Positions 35,594 to 45,255 of a stretch of 64,000 bases of DNA are shown here, in pieces. The stretch's first letter is position 1, and every line of letters begins with the position of its first letter. The DNA comes from an uncultured Actinomycetes bacterium (GTDB lineage Bacteria > Actinomycetota > Thermoleophilia > Solirubrobacterales > Solirubrobacteraceae), in contig CAWDWM010000008.1 of the NCBI GenBank assembly GCA_963806015.1, positions 57,337-121,336 of the forward strand. Direction: 5' to 3'. Below the pieces are notes generated by a model. The model was not told where the DNA came from. It worked only from the letters and a program-made list of their open reading frames with translations, and did not search any database. Position numbers and translations under genes: made by a program.

Positions 35594-36308
35594 TCACGCC
35601 GGCCGCTGCAGATCGGCGAGGAACAGCGTCGCCAATCGCGGGCGGCGCCCCGGCAGGACGGCGCCGGTGTAGCGCTGCAGGGGCAGGGCGAACAACGTCA
35701 CGCCTCGCAGCTCGAGGCCGGCGTTGTGCGCCATCGCCTGCACCATCGACGGGTCGTACTGGTGGCGCTGGTGGCGCGACGCCGACCGTGCGAACAGGGG
35801 CGTGCGCTTCAGCACGCGCTGCAGCGCGCCAGTACACCGAGCGGCGGTTGGGGAAGGACGCCAGCAGGTGGCCACCGGGCGCCAGCAGGCGCGCGCATTG
35901 GCGCAGCATCTCGTCGTCGTGCTCGAGGTACTCGATCACGCTCGACATGACGATCAACCGCGCCTGCCCGGCGAACTCGTCCACCACCTCGGCCGGCAAC
36001 GGCAGCGCGTGCCGGCGCAGATCTGCGTCGGCGACGCCGTGCTGCTGCAGGCGCTCGCGCGTGCGGGCCAGCATTGCCTCGCTGCCGTCGATCGCGATGG
36101 TCTGAAAGCCGCGGGCCGCGAGCTGCTGGGTCAGGTGCCCCGGGCCGCAGCCCAGGTCCATGGCCGTCGCCCCGCCGGCGCCGGCGGGCATCACCCGGTC
36201 GATGGCGGCGCTCCACAGCCGGAAGCGCTCCTCGAACTCGGGTCGCCCCTCGGCGTGGGCCTCGTAAGCGCCGGCCTCGCTCTCGAAGTGCTCCACGGCC
36301 TGACTCAA
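35594..36308 (-). pseudogene. class I SAM-dependent methyltransferase with one apparent frameshift
   Basis: ORF 35550..36308 carries motif I AMDLGCGPGHL and LLAPGGHLLASFPNRRSVYW. The C-terminus continues in ORF 35594..35875 (ALQRVLKRTPLFARS...GLELRGVTLFALP). The shift is near 35824-35830. Confidence 0.7.
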
Positions 36309-36324
36309 GGTTCGCTCTCCTGTC

Positions 36325-36894
36325 TCACCGCACGTAGAGGCGCCCGTGCCTCGCCAGCGCCTGCTTCATCGCGCTGACCTCGGACGCGCTGAGGCCGCCG
36401 GGCTCCGCCGGTCCCTTCTCGAAGCGGGGGATCTCGGCCATGGCGCTGCGATGGCGCTCGACGAACTCGTCGGTCGTGCCGATGACGCGCGCCGGATTGC
36501 CGACGGCGACGCTGCCAGCGGGGATCTCCCCGGCGACCACCGCGCCGGCGCCGACCACCGCGCCGTCGCCGATGACCGATCCCGGCAGGATCGTCGCGCC
36601 CGCGCCGATGTAGGCCATGGCCCCGATCCTCACCGGCCGCACCAGCGTGTAGCCGGTCGCGCGGAACATGGCCGAATCGTGCGCGATGACCTGGACGTTG
36701 GCGGACAGCGTGGCGTCGGCGCCGATCTCCACCGCCCAGGCGAAGCCCGGGTCGATCGAGACCTGCGCGGCGGTGTAGAACGGGTCGGGCGCCTGGAGGC
36801 CCTGCCGGCGCATCCGGCGGATGGTCTGCTCGCCGCGCACACGCGCGACCAGCTCACCGGCGATGCCTTCCGCGAGGCTGCTGAGCGCGGACAC
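36325..36894 (-). CDS. hexapeptide-repeat (left-handed beta-helix) acetyltransferase
   Basis: IGAMAYIGAGATILPGSVIGDGAVVGAGAVVAGEIPAGSVAVGNPARVIG is a classic LbH repeat of the sugar O-acetyltransferase type. Confidence 0.85.
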   Translation of the reverse strand: MSALSSLAEGIAGELVARVRGEQTIRRMRRQGLQAPDPFYTAAQVSIDPGFAWAVEIGADATLSANVQVIAHDSAMFRATGYTLVRPVRIGAMAYIGAGATILPGSVIGDGAVVGAGAVVAGEIPAGSVAVGNPARVIGTTDEFVERHRSAMAEIPRFEKGPAEPGGLSASEVSAMKQALARHGRLYVR

Positions 36895-36937
36895 GGCAGA
36901 GAACCTAGCGATCGCCGTGCGTTACGTTCCGGCGCCC

Positions 36938-38050
36938 ATGGCGGGCCCCGAGCTGCGCGTCAGCTTCATCACGGACATCATGACGCCGTACATGGCGCCG
37001 GTGTTCGAGGCGCTGGCCCAGCGCTGTGACCTCACGGTCCTCTTCGGCTCGGAGACGGGCTCGCGGGCGATGGCGTGGACGCTCGCGACCCCGAGCTTCC
37101 GCCACCGCGTCGTGGGCGGGCCGGTCATCCGCCGGAGCATCGACGCCGCCGACATCTATCCCAATCCGCGCGTGCTGGCGGAGCTGTGGAGGGCGAGGCC
37201 GGACGTCGTGATCAGCGGCGGCTTCTCCTTCCCCTCCCTCTACGCCGCGGCCTACTGCCGCATGTCCGGCGCCCGGCTGCTGGTCCAGAGCGATGGCACG
37301 AGCCAGTCGGAGGCGGGCATCGGGCGCGACCAGCGGGTCACGCGGGCGGTGCTCGCGCGCGCCGCCCACGGTGCGGTCGGCAACTCCCGACTGGCCGCGC
37401 GGCGGCTGGCCGAGCTGGGGTTCGACCCGGTCTTCGAGGCGCCGCACAGCACCGACATCGAGGGCTTCCTCGCCGTCGGCCGAGCCCGGGCGGCGCGTGC
37501 CGATGACGTGCTGCGGGTGCTGACCATCGGGCGCCTCCTACCGGCGAAGGGGATCGATCTGCTGCTGCGCGCCGTGGCGCAGGCGCGGGCCGCCGGGGTG
37601 TCGATGGCCCTCACCATCGTCGGCGAGGGCGACGATGGGCCGCGCCTGCGCGCGCTGGCGGGCGAGCTCGCCCTCACCGACGTGGAGTGGCCCGGCTTCG
37701 TCGAGCCGGGCGAGCTCCCGGCCCAGTTGGCGCGCGCCGACGTCTTCGCGTTTCCCACTCTCGGGGACACGTTCGGGATCGCTCTGCTGGAGGCCGCCGC
37801 GGCCGGGCTGCCCCTCATCTGCTCGCCCCACGCCGGGGCCGCCCCGGACCTCGTCGAGGAGGGCGAGACCGGCTTCGTGGTGCAGCCGCGCGACACCGCT
37901 GCCTTCGTGCGAGCCCTCACGACGCTCGTCGGCGACGCCGGGCTCCGCCAGCGGATGGGCCGCGCGGCACACGAGCTCGCCGGCCGGCGCACGCCGGCCG
38001 ACACGGCAGACGCCTACGTGCGGGCGGCGACGCGCGTGGCCCGCGGCTGA
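36938..38050 (+). CDS. glycosyltransferase family 4
   Basis: Starts at ATG 36938 (MAGPELRVSFITD...). GT-B signature IGRLLPAKGIDLLLRA...FPTLGDTFGIALLEAAAAGLPLICS. Confidence 0.85.
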   Translation: MAGPELRVSFITDIMTPYMAPVFEALAQRCDLTVLFGSETGSRAMAWTLATPSFRHRVVGGPVIRRSIDAADIYPNPRVLAELWRARPDVVISGGFSFPSLYAAAYCRMSGARLLVQSDGTSQSEAGIGRDQRVTRAVLARAAHGAVGNSRLAARRLAELGFDPVFEAPHSTDIEGFLAVGRARAARADDVLRVLTIGRLLPAKGIDLLLRAVAQARAAGVSMALTIVGEGDDGPRLRALAGELALTDVEWPGFVEPGELPAQLARADVFAFPTLGDTFGIALLEAAAAGLPLICSPHAGAAPDLVEEGETGFVVQPRDTAAFVRALTTLVGDAGLRQRMGRAAHELAGRRTPADTADAYVRAATRVARG

Positions 38051-39291
38051 GCGCTCGCCGGCTCCAGCTCGTCGGTGAACAGCTCGGCCAGCCGGCGCCC
38101 GACGGCGGCGGTCTCGAACTCGCTGCGGACCTTCTCGCGCCCCGCGCGGCCCATGCTCGCTCGCAGCTCGGCGTCTGCCGCGAGGCGCTGCAGCGCGTCG
38201 ACCAACAGGTCGGTGCGACCGGGACGGACGAGCAGGCCGCTCACCTCGTCCTGCACCAGCTCCGGGATGCCGGTGATGCCGTTGGCCACCACCGGCAGGC
38301 CGGTCGACATCGCCTCCATGAGCACCACCGGGATGCCCTCGGCGAAGCTGGGCAGGCAGAAGACGTCGGCGGCGTGGTAGTGATCGCGGATCGTGTCCTG
38401 GCCCACCGGGCCCGCCCACGTGATGTCCTCGCCCACGGAGTTGCGCTCGGCCAGACGCTGCAGGTGCTCGCGCTGAGGCCCGTCGCCCACCACCGTGAGC
38501 GCCACCGCCACGCCGCGACGGCGCAGCTCGCCCACCGCCTCGACGAGGATGGCGACGCCCTTCATGTTGTCCAGGCGCCCGACCGTGAGGACGCGCAGCG
38601 GGCCGTCGCCTGGCCGTCCTCCGCTGGGCGGGGCGAAGTGCTCGGGATCGATCCCGCAGTGCACGACGTGGAGCCTCGGCCAGTGCGTGTCGTCCACCAG
38701 GGCCATGAGCTGACTGCGCGTGAAGTCGCTGATGCAGACCACGAATCGGGCGGCCGCCACCTTGGGGGCGAGCCCTTGCCGAGCGACGTCGAAGAACTCC
38801 TTCGAACCGTGGACGGTCATGCTGAACGACCAGGGCCCGCGCTCGGCGGCGCCATTGCCGAGATAGGCCACGAGCAGCCCCACGGCCGGCGCCGTCCCGT
38901 CGAGATGGACGTGGACGTGGCGGATCCCTTGCCGTTCGCAGCTGCGGTGCACCACGACGGCCTCCAGGAACCACGACAGGCCCAGGAGCCGCCCGCGCAG
39001 GCCGTGGGCGGACAGGCGCAGGGCGCGGGCGAGCGTTCGCACGTACTGGCGCGGCGCCCGCAGCGCGGTGCGAAGGTGGCAGCGCAGGTAGTCGACGGGC
39101 CGTGGCGGCAGCAGCGCGTAGGTCCTTGCGTCCTCGGCGCGATCGAGGGGCGTGAGCAGATCCTGCTCGTCCGCGCGCCAGACGGAGAACGTCTCGATCT
39201 CGAATCCCTGGCGGCGCAGCTGCTGGATCTCGCGCAGGATGAAGGTGTGCGTGACGGCCGGGTAGTGCCCGATGAGGTAGGCGATGCGCAT
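38014..39291 (-). CDS. glycosyltransferase family 4 (WcaL-like)
   Basis: MRIAYLIGHYPAVTHTFILREI... with VGRLDNMKGVAILVEA...LPSFAEGIPVVLMEAMSTGLPVVAN. The 3' end overlaps the convergent GT4 gene by 37 nt. Confidence 0.85.
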   Translation of the reverse strand: MRIAYLIGHYPAVTHTFILREIQQLRRQGFEIETFSVWRADEQDLLTPLDRAEDARTYALLPPRPVDYLRCHLRTALRAPRQYVRTLARALRLSAHGLRGRLLGLSWFLEAVVVHRSCERQGIRHVHVHLDGTAPAVGLLVAYLGNGAAERGPWSFSMTVHGSKEFFDVARQGLAPKVAAARFVVCISDFTRSQLMALVDDTHWPRLHVVHCGIDPEHFAPPSGGRPGDGPLRVLTVGRLDNMKGVAILVEAVGELRRRGVAVALTVVGDGPQREHLQRLAERNSVGEDITWAGPVGQDTIRDHYHAADVFCLPSFAEGIPVVLMEAMSTGLPVVANGITGIPELVQDEVSGLLVRPGRTDLLVDALQRLAADAELRASMGRAGREKVRSEFETAAVGRRLAELFTDELEPASAQPRATRVAART

Positions 39292-39310
39292 CGGGCCAGC
39301 AGGCTAGCCG

Positions 39311-40420
39311 TCAGCCGACCGGCCGCATCCCCAGGGCGCGCACGAGGACACGCTCGGCGGGGCCGTCGACGAGCACGGCCGCCGCGGGGCGGCGGGCGAG
39401 CGCCAGGTAGCGCTCGAGCTTGCTCCGCCCCGGCGGGACCATCATCGCGAACCCCGGAGGCGGCTCGGCGGGCGCCGCTGCCGGGTCGACCACGGCCAGG
39501 GTCCGCGCGCCGGTGCGCGTGACCTGCCACGAGCGACGGCGCCCTCGGTGACGGACGCGCAACTCGCGCAGAAGCGCACGAGCGCCGTGCGGGTTGCGCG
39601 CGACGTGGGCGAGGTGGCCCAGTGCGAGCCGGCCCTCGCCCGCGCGCTGCGCCGAGCGGGCCGCGTCCCACTGCACGATGCCGTCCCATTCCTCGAGCAG
39701 CTGCGGGCGAAACCACGGACGCCCGGCGCAGGACTCGAGCACCGCTCGCCGGGCGAGCTGCAGCGCGTTGCCGGCGCCCGACATCTGCCCGCCGTGCTCG
39801 TGGTAGAGCACGGAGACGCGCTCGGTCACGTAGCCCGTGCCGCGCTCGAGCACGCGCAGCCACAGATCGACGTCCTCCACGCCGTGCATCGGCCCGTCGA
39901 ACTCGCTGAACGCCCCGGCCGCCTCGACCACGTCGCGCCGGGCGAGCACGGCGCTCACCACCACGATCGAGCTGACCGCCACGTCGGCGGGGGAGTTCAG
40001 CACGCGCCCTCCGGGCTCGGGCGGACCGACGTGGCGCTGCCCTCCGTCCGGCGTGCAGCGCAGGGCCGATCCCGCCACCAGCACGTGCTCTTCGTGATGC
40101 GGCCACAGCGAGGCCAGGTGGTGGGGCAGCCATTCGTCGTCGGAGTCCAGCAGGGCGATCCACGGCTGCGTCGCGTGGGCGAGGCCCGTGTTGCGCGCCG
40201 CGCCGAGGCGCTGGTTGACCGCGTGGCGCACCACCCGCGCGCCGGCGCGCTCGGCCACCTCGGCGGTGTCGTCGGCGGAGCCGTCGTCGACGACCAGGAC
40301 CTCGGCGGGCGGCGCCGGATGCTGCGCGAGCGCGCTGGCGACCGCCTGGGCGACGGTGTCGGCCCGGTTGTAGGCCGGGATGATCACGGTGACGGGCAAC
40401 GGGCGCGCGTCCATCGTCAT
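39311..40420 (-). CDS. glycosyltransferase family 2
   Basis: Starts at ATG 40420 (MTMDARPLPVTVIIPAYNRADTV...VVDDGSADDT...LLDSDDEW). ATGA-coupled to the upstream polymerase gene. Confidence 0.85.
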   Translation of the reverse strand: MTMDARPLPVTVIIPAYNRADTVAQAVASALAQHPAPPAEVLVVDDGSADDTAEVAERAGARVVRHAVNQRLGAARNTGLAHATQPWIALLDSDDEWLPHHLASLWPHHEEHVLVAGSALRCTPDGGQRHVGPPEPGGRVLNSPADVAVSSIVVVSAVLARRDVVEAAGAFSEFDGPMHGVEDVDLWLRVLERGTGYVTERVSVLYHEHGGQMSGAGNALQLARRAVLESCAGRPWFRPQLLEEWDGIVQWDAARSAQRAGEGRLALGHLAHVARNPHGARALLRELRVRHRGRRRSWQVTRTGARTLAVVDPAAAPAEPPPGFAMMVPPGRSKLERYLALARRPAAAVLVDGPAERVLVRALGMRPVG

Positions 40421-41820
40421 GGGTTGCGGTAGCGACCGCTGGAGGCGACGCCCGCGAGCAGCCAGATCGCTCGGTTGGGCCAGGCGCTCGGCGGGACTGC
40501 GCTGATGACGACGAGCGTCGCGACGGAGACCGTGAGCAGTCCGATCCGCCACGGCAGGAGGTCCGGCGGCCCGCGCGTGAGCAGCGCGGAGCCGACGCCG
40601 AACACGAGCCCCAGCGCCCACAACGTGACGCCGATGAGGCCGAGGTCGGCGGCATAGGCGAGTGGGGTGTTGTGGACGCCGAAGGTCGTGGCGGTCAGCG
40701 GAATGTCGTCTGCCTGCTGGAAGTAGTCGGCGCTGTCCCTCTGAAAGTGCGCCCAGCCGAAGCCCACCAGGGGCCTCGCCTCGACCATGTTGATGGCCGC
40801 CCGCGCCAGGTTCCGCCGGTCCCAGAGGGTCTCCTTCTGGTCGACGCGCGCGGTGACTCGCTCGTGCAGACCCGGCACGAAGATCAGGGCGGCCCCGACG
40901 CCGATGCTCACCGCGATGAGCAGCGGGATCAGGTAGCGGCGCGCGCCCGGGGTCGCGAGCATCCCGACGCAGGTGGCCAGCGCCGCACCGATCCACACCG
41001 AGCGCTCGAGGCACAGGAACACGCCCACCAGGCACAGCAGGCCGATCGCGCCGGCAAGGATGCGCGCGCGCTTCTCGTGCCATTGCCGGACGGCGATGGC
41101 GCACACGACGGAGCACGTGAAGAGCGCGAGGCCGTTGGTCACCGCCTCGACGAACGGGCCCCTGCCCCGGCCGGCGTGGATGCCGTAGTGGGAGTCGAGG
41201 ATGTACTTCGGGAAGACGAGCGCGTCGAGCTTGACCGTCTCGAACACGACGGTGAGGCCGAGATAGGCGCCGAGCACCACGAACGCGACCAGCAGGACCT
41301 GACGCTGCTCCTGCGTGCGGAAGGCCACCGGCGCGGTCAAGAAGATCAGGAACGGCATGATCCCGAACGTGTCGACGAGCCTGAGGAACGCGGCGTTCTG
41401 GGTCAGCGTTCCCGCGAAATAGGCCGAGCCCAGGGCATAGACGATGGCCAGGGCCAGCAGCGCGTGGGTGGCCGTGAACCGCAGCCGAGGGCCCTGTCCC
41501 GGCGCGAACGAGCGCACCAGCACCGCCAGGATGCCGCCCGCGAGCAGGAGCCGATCGGGCGAGAGCGGGCCGGGCACGCCCAGTTGGGGCCAGTTGCCGG
41601 CGAGCGGCGACAGCACGACCGCGGCGCTGATGGAGTAGGCGGGCTCGAGCCGCCAGACCATGTAGCCGACGGAGATCGCGATCACGAGGCCGACGGCCTT
41701 CGGGTACAGCGAGGCGCCGTGCTCGACCGCCCCGGCGGGCGCGAGATAGATGAGCACGGCCAGGCAGACCGCGGCGCCGGCGGCCGCGACGATCGCGGCG
41801 ACCGAAGAGCGCGCGGTCAC
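40417..41820 (-). CDS. O-antigen ligase/polymerase family membrane protein (Wzy-like)
   Basis: 467-aa protein with more than 10 TM helices and a large loop with ERSVWIGAAL...GFGWAHF, as in the O-antigen ligase (Wzy_C) family. Confidence 0.75.
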   Translation of the reverse strand: MTARSSVAAIVAAAGAAVCLAVLIYLAPAGAVEHGASLYPKAVGLVIAISVGYMVWRLEPAYSISAAVVLSPLAGNWPQLGVPGPLSPDRLLLAGGILAVLVRSFAPGQGPRLRFTATHALLALAIVYALGSAYFAGTLTQNAAFLRLVDTFGIMPFLIFLTAPVAFRTQEQRQVLLVAFVVLGAYLGLTVVFETVKLDALVFPKYILDSHYGIHAGRGRGPFVEAVTNGLALFTCSVVCAIAVRQWHEKRARILAGAIGLLCLVGVFLCLERSVWIGAALATCVGMLATPGARRYLIPLLIAVSIGVGAALIFVPGLHERVTARVDQKETLWDRRNLARAAINMVEARPLVGFGWAHFQRDSADYFQQADDIPLTATTFGVHNTPLAYAADLGLIGVTLWALGLVFGVGSALLTRGPPDLLPWRIGLLTVSVATLVVISAVPPSAWPNRAIWLLAGVASSGRYRNP

Positions 41821-42698
41821 CGCGGCCGGCTCGCGCGATAGGCGCCCAGCAGCGCCAGCGCGATGCCCGCGGCGATGCCGCCCAGCAGCCCGACGAAGAC
41901 GAGGATCTGCATCGTCTCCTTGCGGTCGCTCGTCGCGGCGCCGGCGCGAGAGAAGTTCTGGATCACCGCCGAAGCGGTCCCGCCGGCAACCGCCTGCTGA
42001 TAGCTCGACTTGAGCGTCTCGGCGGTGAGCGACGCGCTGTCGGTCACGGCCGCGGCGTTGTCGCGCGCGCTCCTGTTGGCCTTGCTGGGATTCAGCCGGT
42101 AGCGACGTTGGAGGCGGTCGCTCGTGTCCTTCTTGCGGCGATACGCGAGCGCCGCCTCCTCGTAGCGCTTGCTCAGGCTGGCGGTCACGTCCGTGGCCCG
42201 CACCTCGTGGTTGACGTAGGCCTGAAGCGCATTGGCGCCGGCGTTCGCCAGCGCCACCGCTCCGGCCGCGGACGTCGCCTCAGCGGTCACCTTGATGAGC
42301 GGGCTGCTGGGCAGCGGCGTGGCCGAGACAGAGCCCGAGACGCGAGCCGAAGCGCGCTTCAGTCGCCGTGCCACGTCCTGCTGGACGCTCGTGGCGTGGA
42401 TGGTGCGGCTGTAGACGCCTGCGAGCGTCTGGGTCGACTCGATGATGGTCGAGACGCCGGCCGGGTTGCTGATGTACACGTGGCCGACTTGGAGCGTCGC
42501 CGTCGAGGTGTACTTCGCCGGACGCCTCAGTCCCAGCGCCACGGCAGCGCCCACGAGCAGCAGGATGCACAGCGCCACGGCCGGCCAGTAGCGGCGCAGG
42601 GCACCAAGGACGTCGACCCCGAGTGGGGCGGTGGTGTCGTGAGCTTCAGCAGCCAAGACGGGGCATGCTCCGCGGAGCGCCCGAGGGTAGCGGACCAC
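41817..42698 (-). CDS. Wzz-like polysaccharide chain-length determinant (PCP) protein
   Basis: An N-terminal TM helix (YWPAVALCILLLVGAAVALGL) is followed by a long coiled periplasmic region and a C-terminal TM helix (ILVFVGLLGGIAAGIALALL). The start is uncertain (GTG 42698 or TTG 42656); ATG 42806 would overlap the divergent gene. Confidence 0.65.
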   Translation of the reverse strand: MVRYPRALRGACPVLAAEAHDTTAPLGVDVLGALRRYWPAVALCILLLVGAAVALGLRRPAKYTSTATLQVGHVYISNPAGVSTIIESTQTLAGVYSRTIHATSVQQDVARRLKRASARVSGSVSATPLPSSPLIKVTAEATSAAGAVALANAGANALQAYVNHEVRATDVTASLSKRYEEAALAYRRKKDTSDRLQRRYRLNPSKANRSARDNAAAVTDSASLTAETLKSSYQQAVAGGTASAVIQNFSRAGAATSDRKETMQILVFVGLLGGIAAGIALALLGAYRASRPR

Positions 42699-42735
42699 CG
42701 GCGGGCTCCCGCCGGTGCCTCGGCGGGCGGTGCCT

Positions 42736-43746
42736 ATGATGCGACCGATGTCGTTGCCGACGGCCGCCGTCGAGTTGTTCCGCTGCCCGGCGTGCCACGA
42801 GGACATGCCGGTCGCGCCCGCGCAGGCCGTCCGCTGCGAGGCCTGCGGGCTGCGCCTGGACGCCGCGGAGGGCGTGATCGACTTCGTCCCCGACGCGCAG
42901 CGCGGACCCGAGCGGGCCTTCTACGACGACTTCTACCGCCACGCCCCGTCCCGGGTCGCGCTGCCGAGCCCGGCGGCGCTGGCGGGGACGTGGACCGACC
43001 CGGGGGCGCCATGGGAGATGCAGGAGGTCTGGCGCCGCCTGGGCGAGCTGAACGACCGCACCGTGCTGCTCCTGGGCAATGGGGAGTCCGTCGGTGAGCT
43101 GCACATGCTGGTCAAACGGCCGCGGACGCTGATCTACTCCGATCTGTCGCCCGTGGGGCTGCGCACGCTGCGCCACAGGCTCGATCGCCACAGCCGTGAC
43201 AACGTGGTCTTCGCGGCCATGGACGCCCTTGACCTCCCGTTGCGCGACGAGTCGGTCGATCTCGTCTACGGCTTCGCCTTTGCCCACCACCTGCCCGACC
43301 TGGAGCGCTTCCTGGCGGAGGTGGCGCGCGTGCTGCGCCCCGGAGGCCGGTGCGTCTTCATGGACGATGCCCAGTCACCGGTGTGGCAGCGGCTGAAGCT
43401 CGGCTGGTTGCGCCCGCTGATGCGGTTCAGCCACCGCCGCGAGCCCCGGTCGCCCGAGGACCTCCGCGAGACCCTGAGCGGCGGCTTCCGCGAGGCACGG
43501 CTGGCGCCGGCGATCCGTGGGGTCGGAGGCGAGCCGTGGTTCGCCCGCGTGGCGCTGCTCTACTACCTCTGGATGCGCGCCGCGGGCACCCTGCTCCCGG
43601 CCCGGGTGCGCCGGCTTCGCCTGCACGCGCAGGTGGCACGGGCCTGCATGGCGATCGACCGGCTGCTGCTGCGTTCCGCGTGGGGCCGGCGGAACATGAT
43701 CCGGCTCATCTGGGGCTTCGACAAGCCGCGCACCAGCGCGCGCTGA
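42736..43746 (+). CDS. SAM-dependent methyltransferase with N-terminal Trm112-like zinc ribbon
   Basis: The ribbon reads FRCPACHEDM...VRCEACGLRLDAAEGVIDF. The methyltransferase core carries VLLLGNGES, DLVYGFAFAHHLPD and LRPGGRCVF. Confidence 0.75.
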   Translation: MMRPMSLPTAAVELFRCPACHEDMPVAPAQAVRCEACGLRLDAAEGVIDFVPDAQRGPERAFYDDFYRHAPSRVALPSPAALAGTWTDPGAPWEMQEVWRRLGELNDRTVLLLGNGESVGELHMLVKRPRTLIYSDLSPVGLRTLRHRLDRHSRDNVVFAAMDALDLPLRDESVDLVYGFAFAHHLPDLERFLAEVARVLRPGGRCVFMDDAQSPVWQRLKLGWLRPLMRFSHRREPRSPEDLRETLSGGFREARLAPAIRGVGGEPWFARVALLYYLWMRAAGTLLPARVRRLRLHAQVARACMAIDRLLLRSAWGRRNMIRLIWGFDKPRTSAR

Positions 43747-43749
43747 TCG

Positions 43750-44889
43750 TCAGCCGGCGCGGCACGGCGCCTTCGTGCACAGGTGCATCCGCAGGACCTG
43801 GAGGCGGTCCCACGGGAACTTGGCCAGGAGCTCGAGCGGGGACTGGTCGGCGAACAGGCGGTCGTATGGGTTGGGCTGCTGACCGCGCGGGTCCTCGGCG
43901 AACAGCGAGATGCCCTTGTGGGTCTGATCGCGCACGACGATCCCGTAGCGCTGCGCCGCCAGCGCGATCATCTCGGCCACGGGGGGCAGGCCGAGGCTGG
44001 CGACGTCCACCTGGGGGTCGAGGCGCAGCCGCGCCCCCTCGGGGAGGGCCGTGGCGCCTCCTGTGCCGTCGCCGCGCTGCGCCGGCCACGCGAAGGTCCC
44101 GCTGCGCGGAGCCGGCAGCGCCACTGCCAGCGCGTGGTTGATGCTCCCGCGCTGGAGCTCGTCGATCGTCATCGTGCCGGCGATGACCGGCAGGCTGGTC
44201 GCTGTCGCGCCCCAGTTGCGCTTGCTTCCCGGCCAGGCCGACGCCGTGTAGTAGCCGGGACTCTGGGAGACGTGGCGGATGGCGCCGCCCCAGCGCGCGT
44301 GCCAGCCGTCGGCGGCGCGCCGGGCCTCCCAGAACTCCCACAGCCGATCGGTGGAGGGCTGCCACACCGTCATGTGGCGGTCCTGGCCGGGCGCAGGCCT
44401 GGCGTCCCGCGGGATCGGGACCGCCGCGAAGGCCTGCTGCAGCGACGCCTCTCCTGGGGTGCCCTGGGCGTCGAGGTGCACCCGCACATGCGCCTGGTTC
44501 GGGCCCACGCGATACAACGGCGTGCTCGAGTTGGTGGTGGCGATCCAGGGCCCGATGCGCGACTGCGTCTCGCGCTGGACCTCCGCGGCCAGCGACTGGA
44601 CGAGGGCGGTCGAGTTCGGATCCAGCGGGGCCGTGGCGGGCAGCCGCGTGTTCCAGACACTCGTCGGTGCGAAGAGCGGCTTGGCCGGTGCGGCGCGATG
44701 GGCGGCGACCGAGCGCGCGGGGGCGGTCACGGAGCTGCGGGGCGTGACGATCGCCCGTGTCGGGCCGCTGGATTGGAGTCCGAGCACGAGCAGCACGGCC
44801 ACGGCGGCCAGCGCGGCGACCCCGAAGCCGGCCGCCGCGAGCAGCGTGTTGCTCCGTGCCTCCTCGGTGGCCGGCGCCGTCATGGGCAC
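43750..44889 (-). CDS. secreted/membrane-anchored protein of unknown family (intact paralog of 34118..35592)
   Basis: N-terminal anchor LLAAAGFGVAALAAVAVLLVLGL. Blocks shared with the paralog are LFAPTSVWN, GPWIAT, PLYRV, HMTVWQP, WEFWEARRAADGWHARWGGAI, WGATATSLP, INHALAVALP, FAWPAQRGDG, PEGARLRLDP, AAQRYGIVVRDQT and FPWDRLQV. Confidence 0.75.
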   Translation of the reverse strand: MPMTAPATEEARSNTLLAAAGFGVAALAAVAVLLVLGLQSSGPTRAIVTPRSSVTAPARSVAAHRAAPAKPLFAPTSVWNTRLPATAPLDPNSTALVQSLAAEVQRETQSRIGPWIATTNSSTPLYRVGPNQAHVRVHLDAQGTPGEASLQQAFAAVPIPRDARPAPGQDRHMTVWQPSTDRLWEFWEARRAADGWHARWGGAIRHVSQSPGYYTASAWPGSKRNWGATATSLPVIAGTMTIDELQRGSINHALAVALPAPRSGTFAWPAQRGDGTGGATALPEGARLRLDPQVDVASLGLPPVAEMIALAAQRYGIVVRDQTHKGISLFAEDPRGQQPNPYDRLFADQSPLELLAKFPWDRLQVLRMHLCTKAPCRAG

Positions 44890-45255
44890 CTCGCGCCTTG
44901 ATGATCGGTCCTGTGGCAGGCCAAGTCCTGCAGCTTGCCATCCTGGCGCGTTGGAGTTGCCACCCCCTGATGGCGGTGCGCCAAAACGGCGCCGGCGGTG
45001 GACGGATGTATTTGACCTAATAGCGGCATCATTCGCCGTTCAACCGACGCGACGGCCCGTCTGCTGCATTTGACAGCTGGTCCATGGCGCTCTGCAGTGG
45101 AACTCACATAGCCTACGCTCGAGGTAGGGCCGCTTGACCCTGGCGCGAGGAAGGCGCCCCGGGGTTCGACTTTATTGCCCCGTACCGGAGCCACGGAAGC
45201 GCCCTGGTCGTGTGCGCTGTTTTTCGGACAAGTTGAACGGAATTCACCGACCCTA

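Noticed and set aside
37538-41116. ORFs 37538..38974 (-), 37687..39522 (+), 38817..40655 (-) and the N-terminal 232 codons of 39311..41116
   Set aside because: They are shadows over the GT4, GT4, GT2 and Wzy genes. The called frames show GT-B or GT-A signatures and ATGA coupling, whereas these frames are low-complexity Arg/Gly/Pro.
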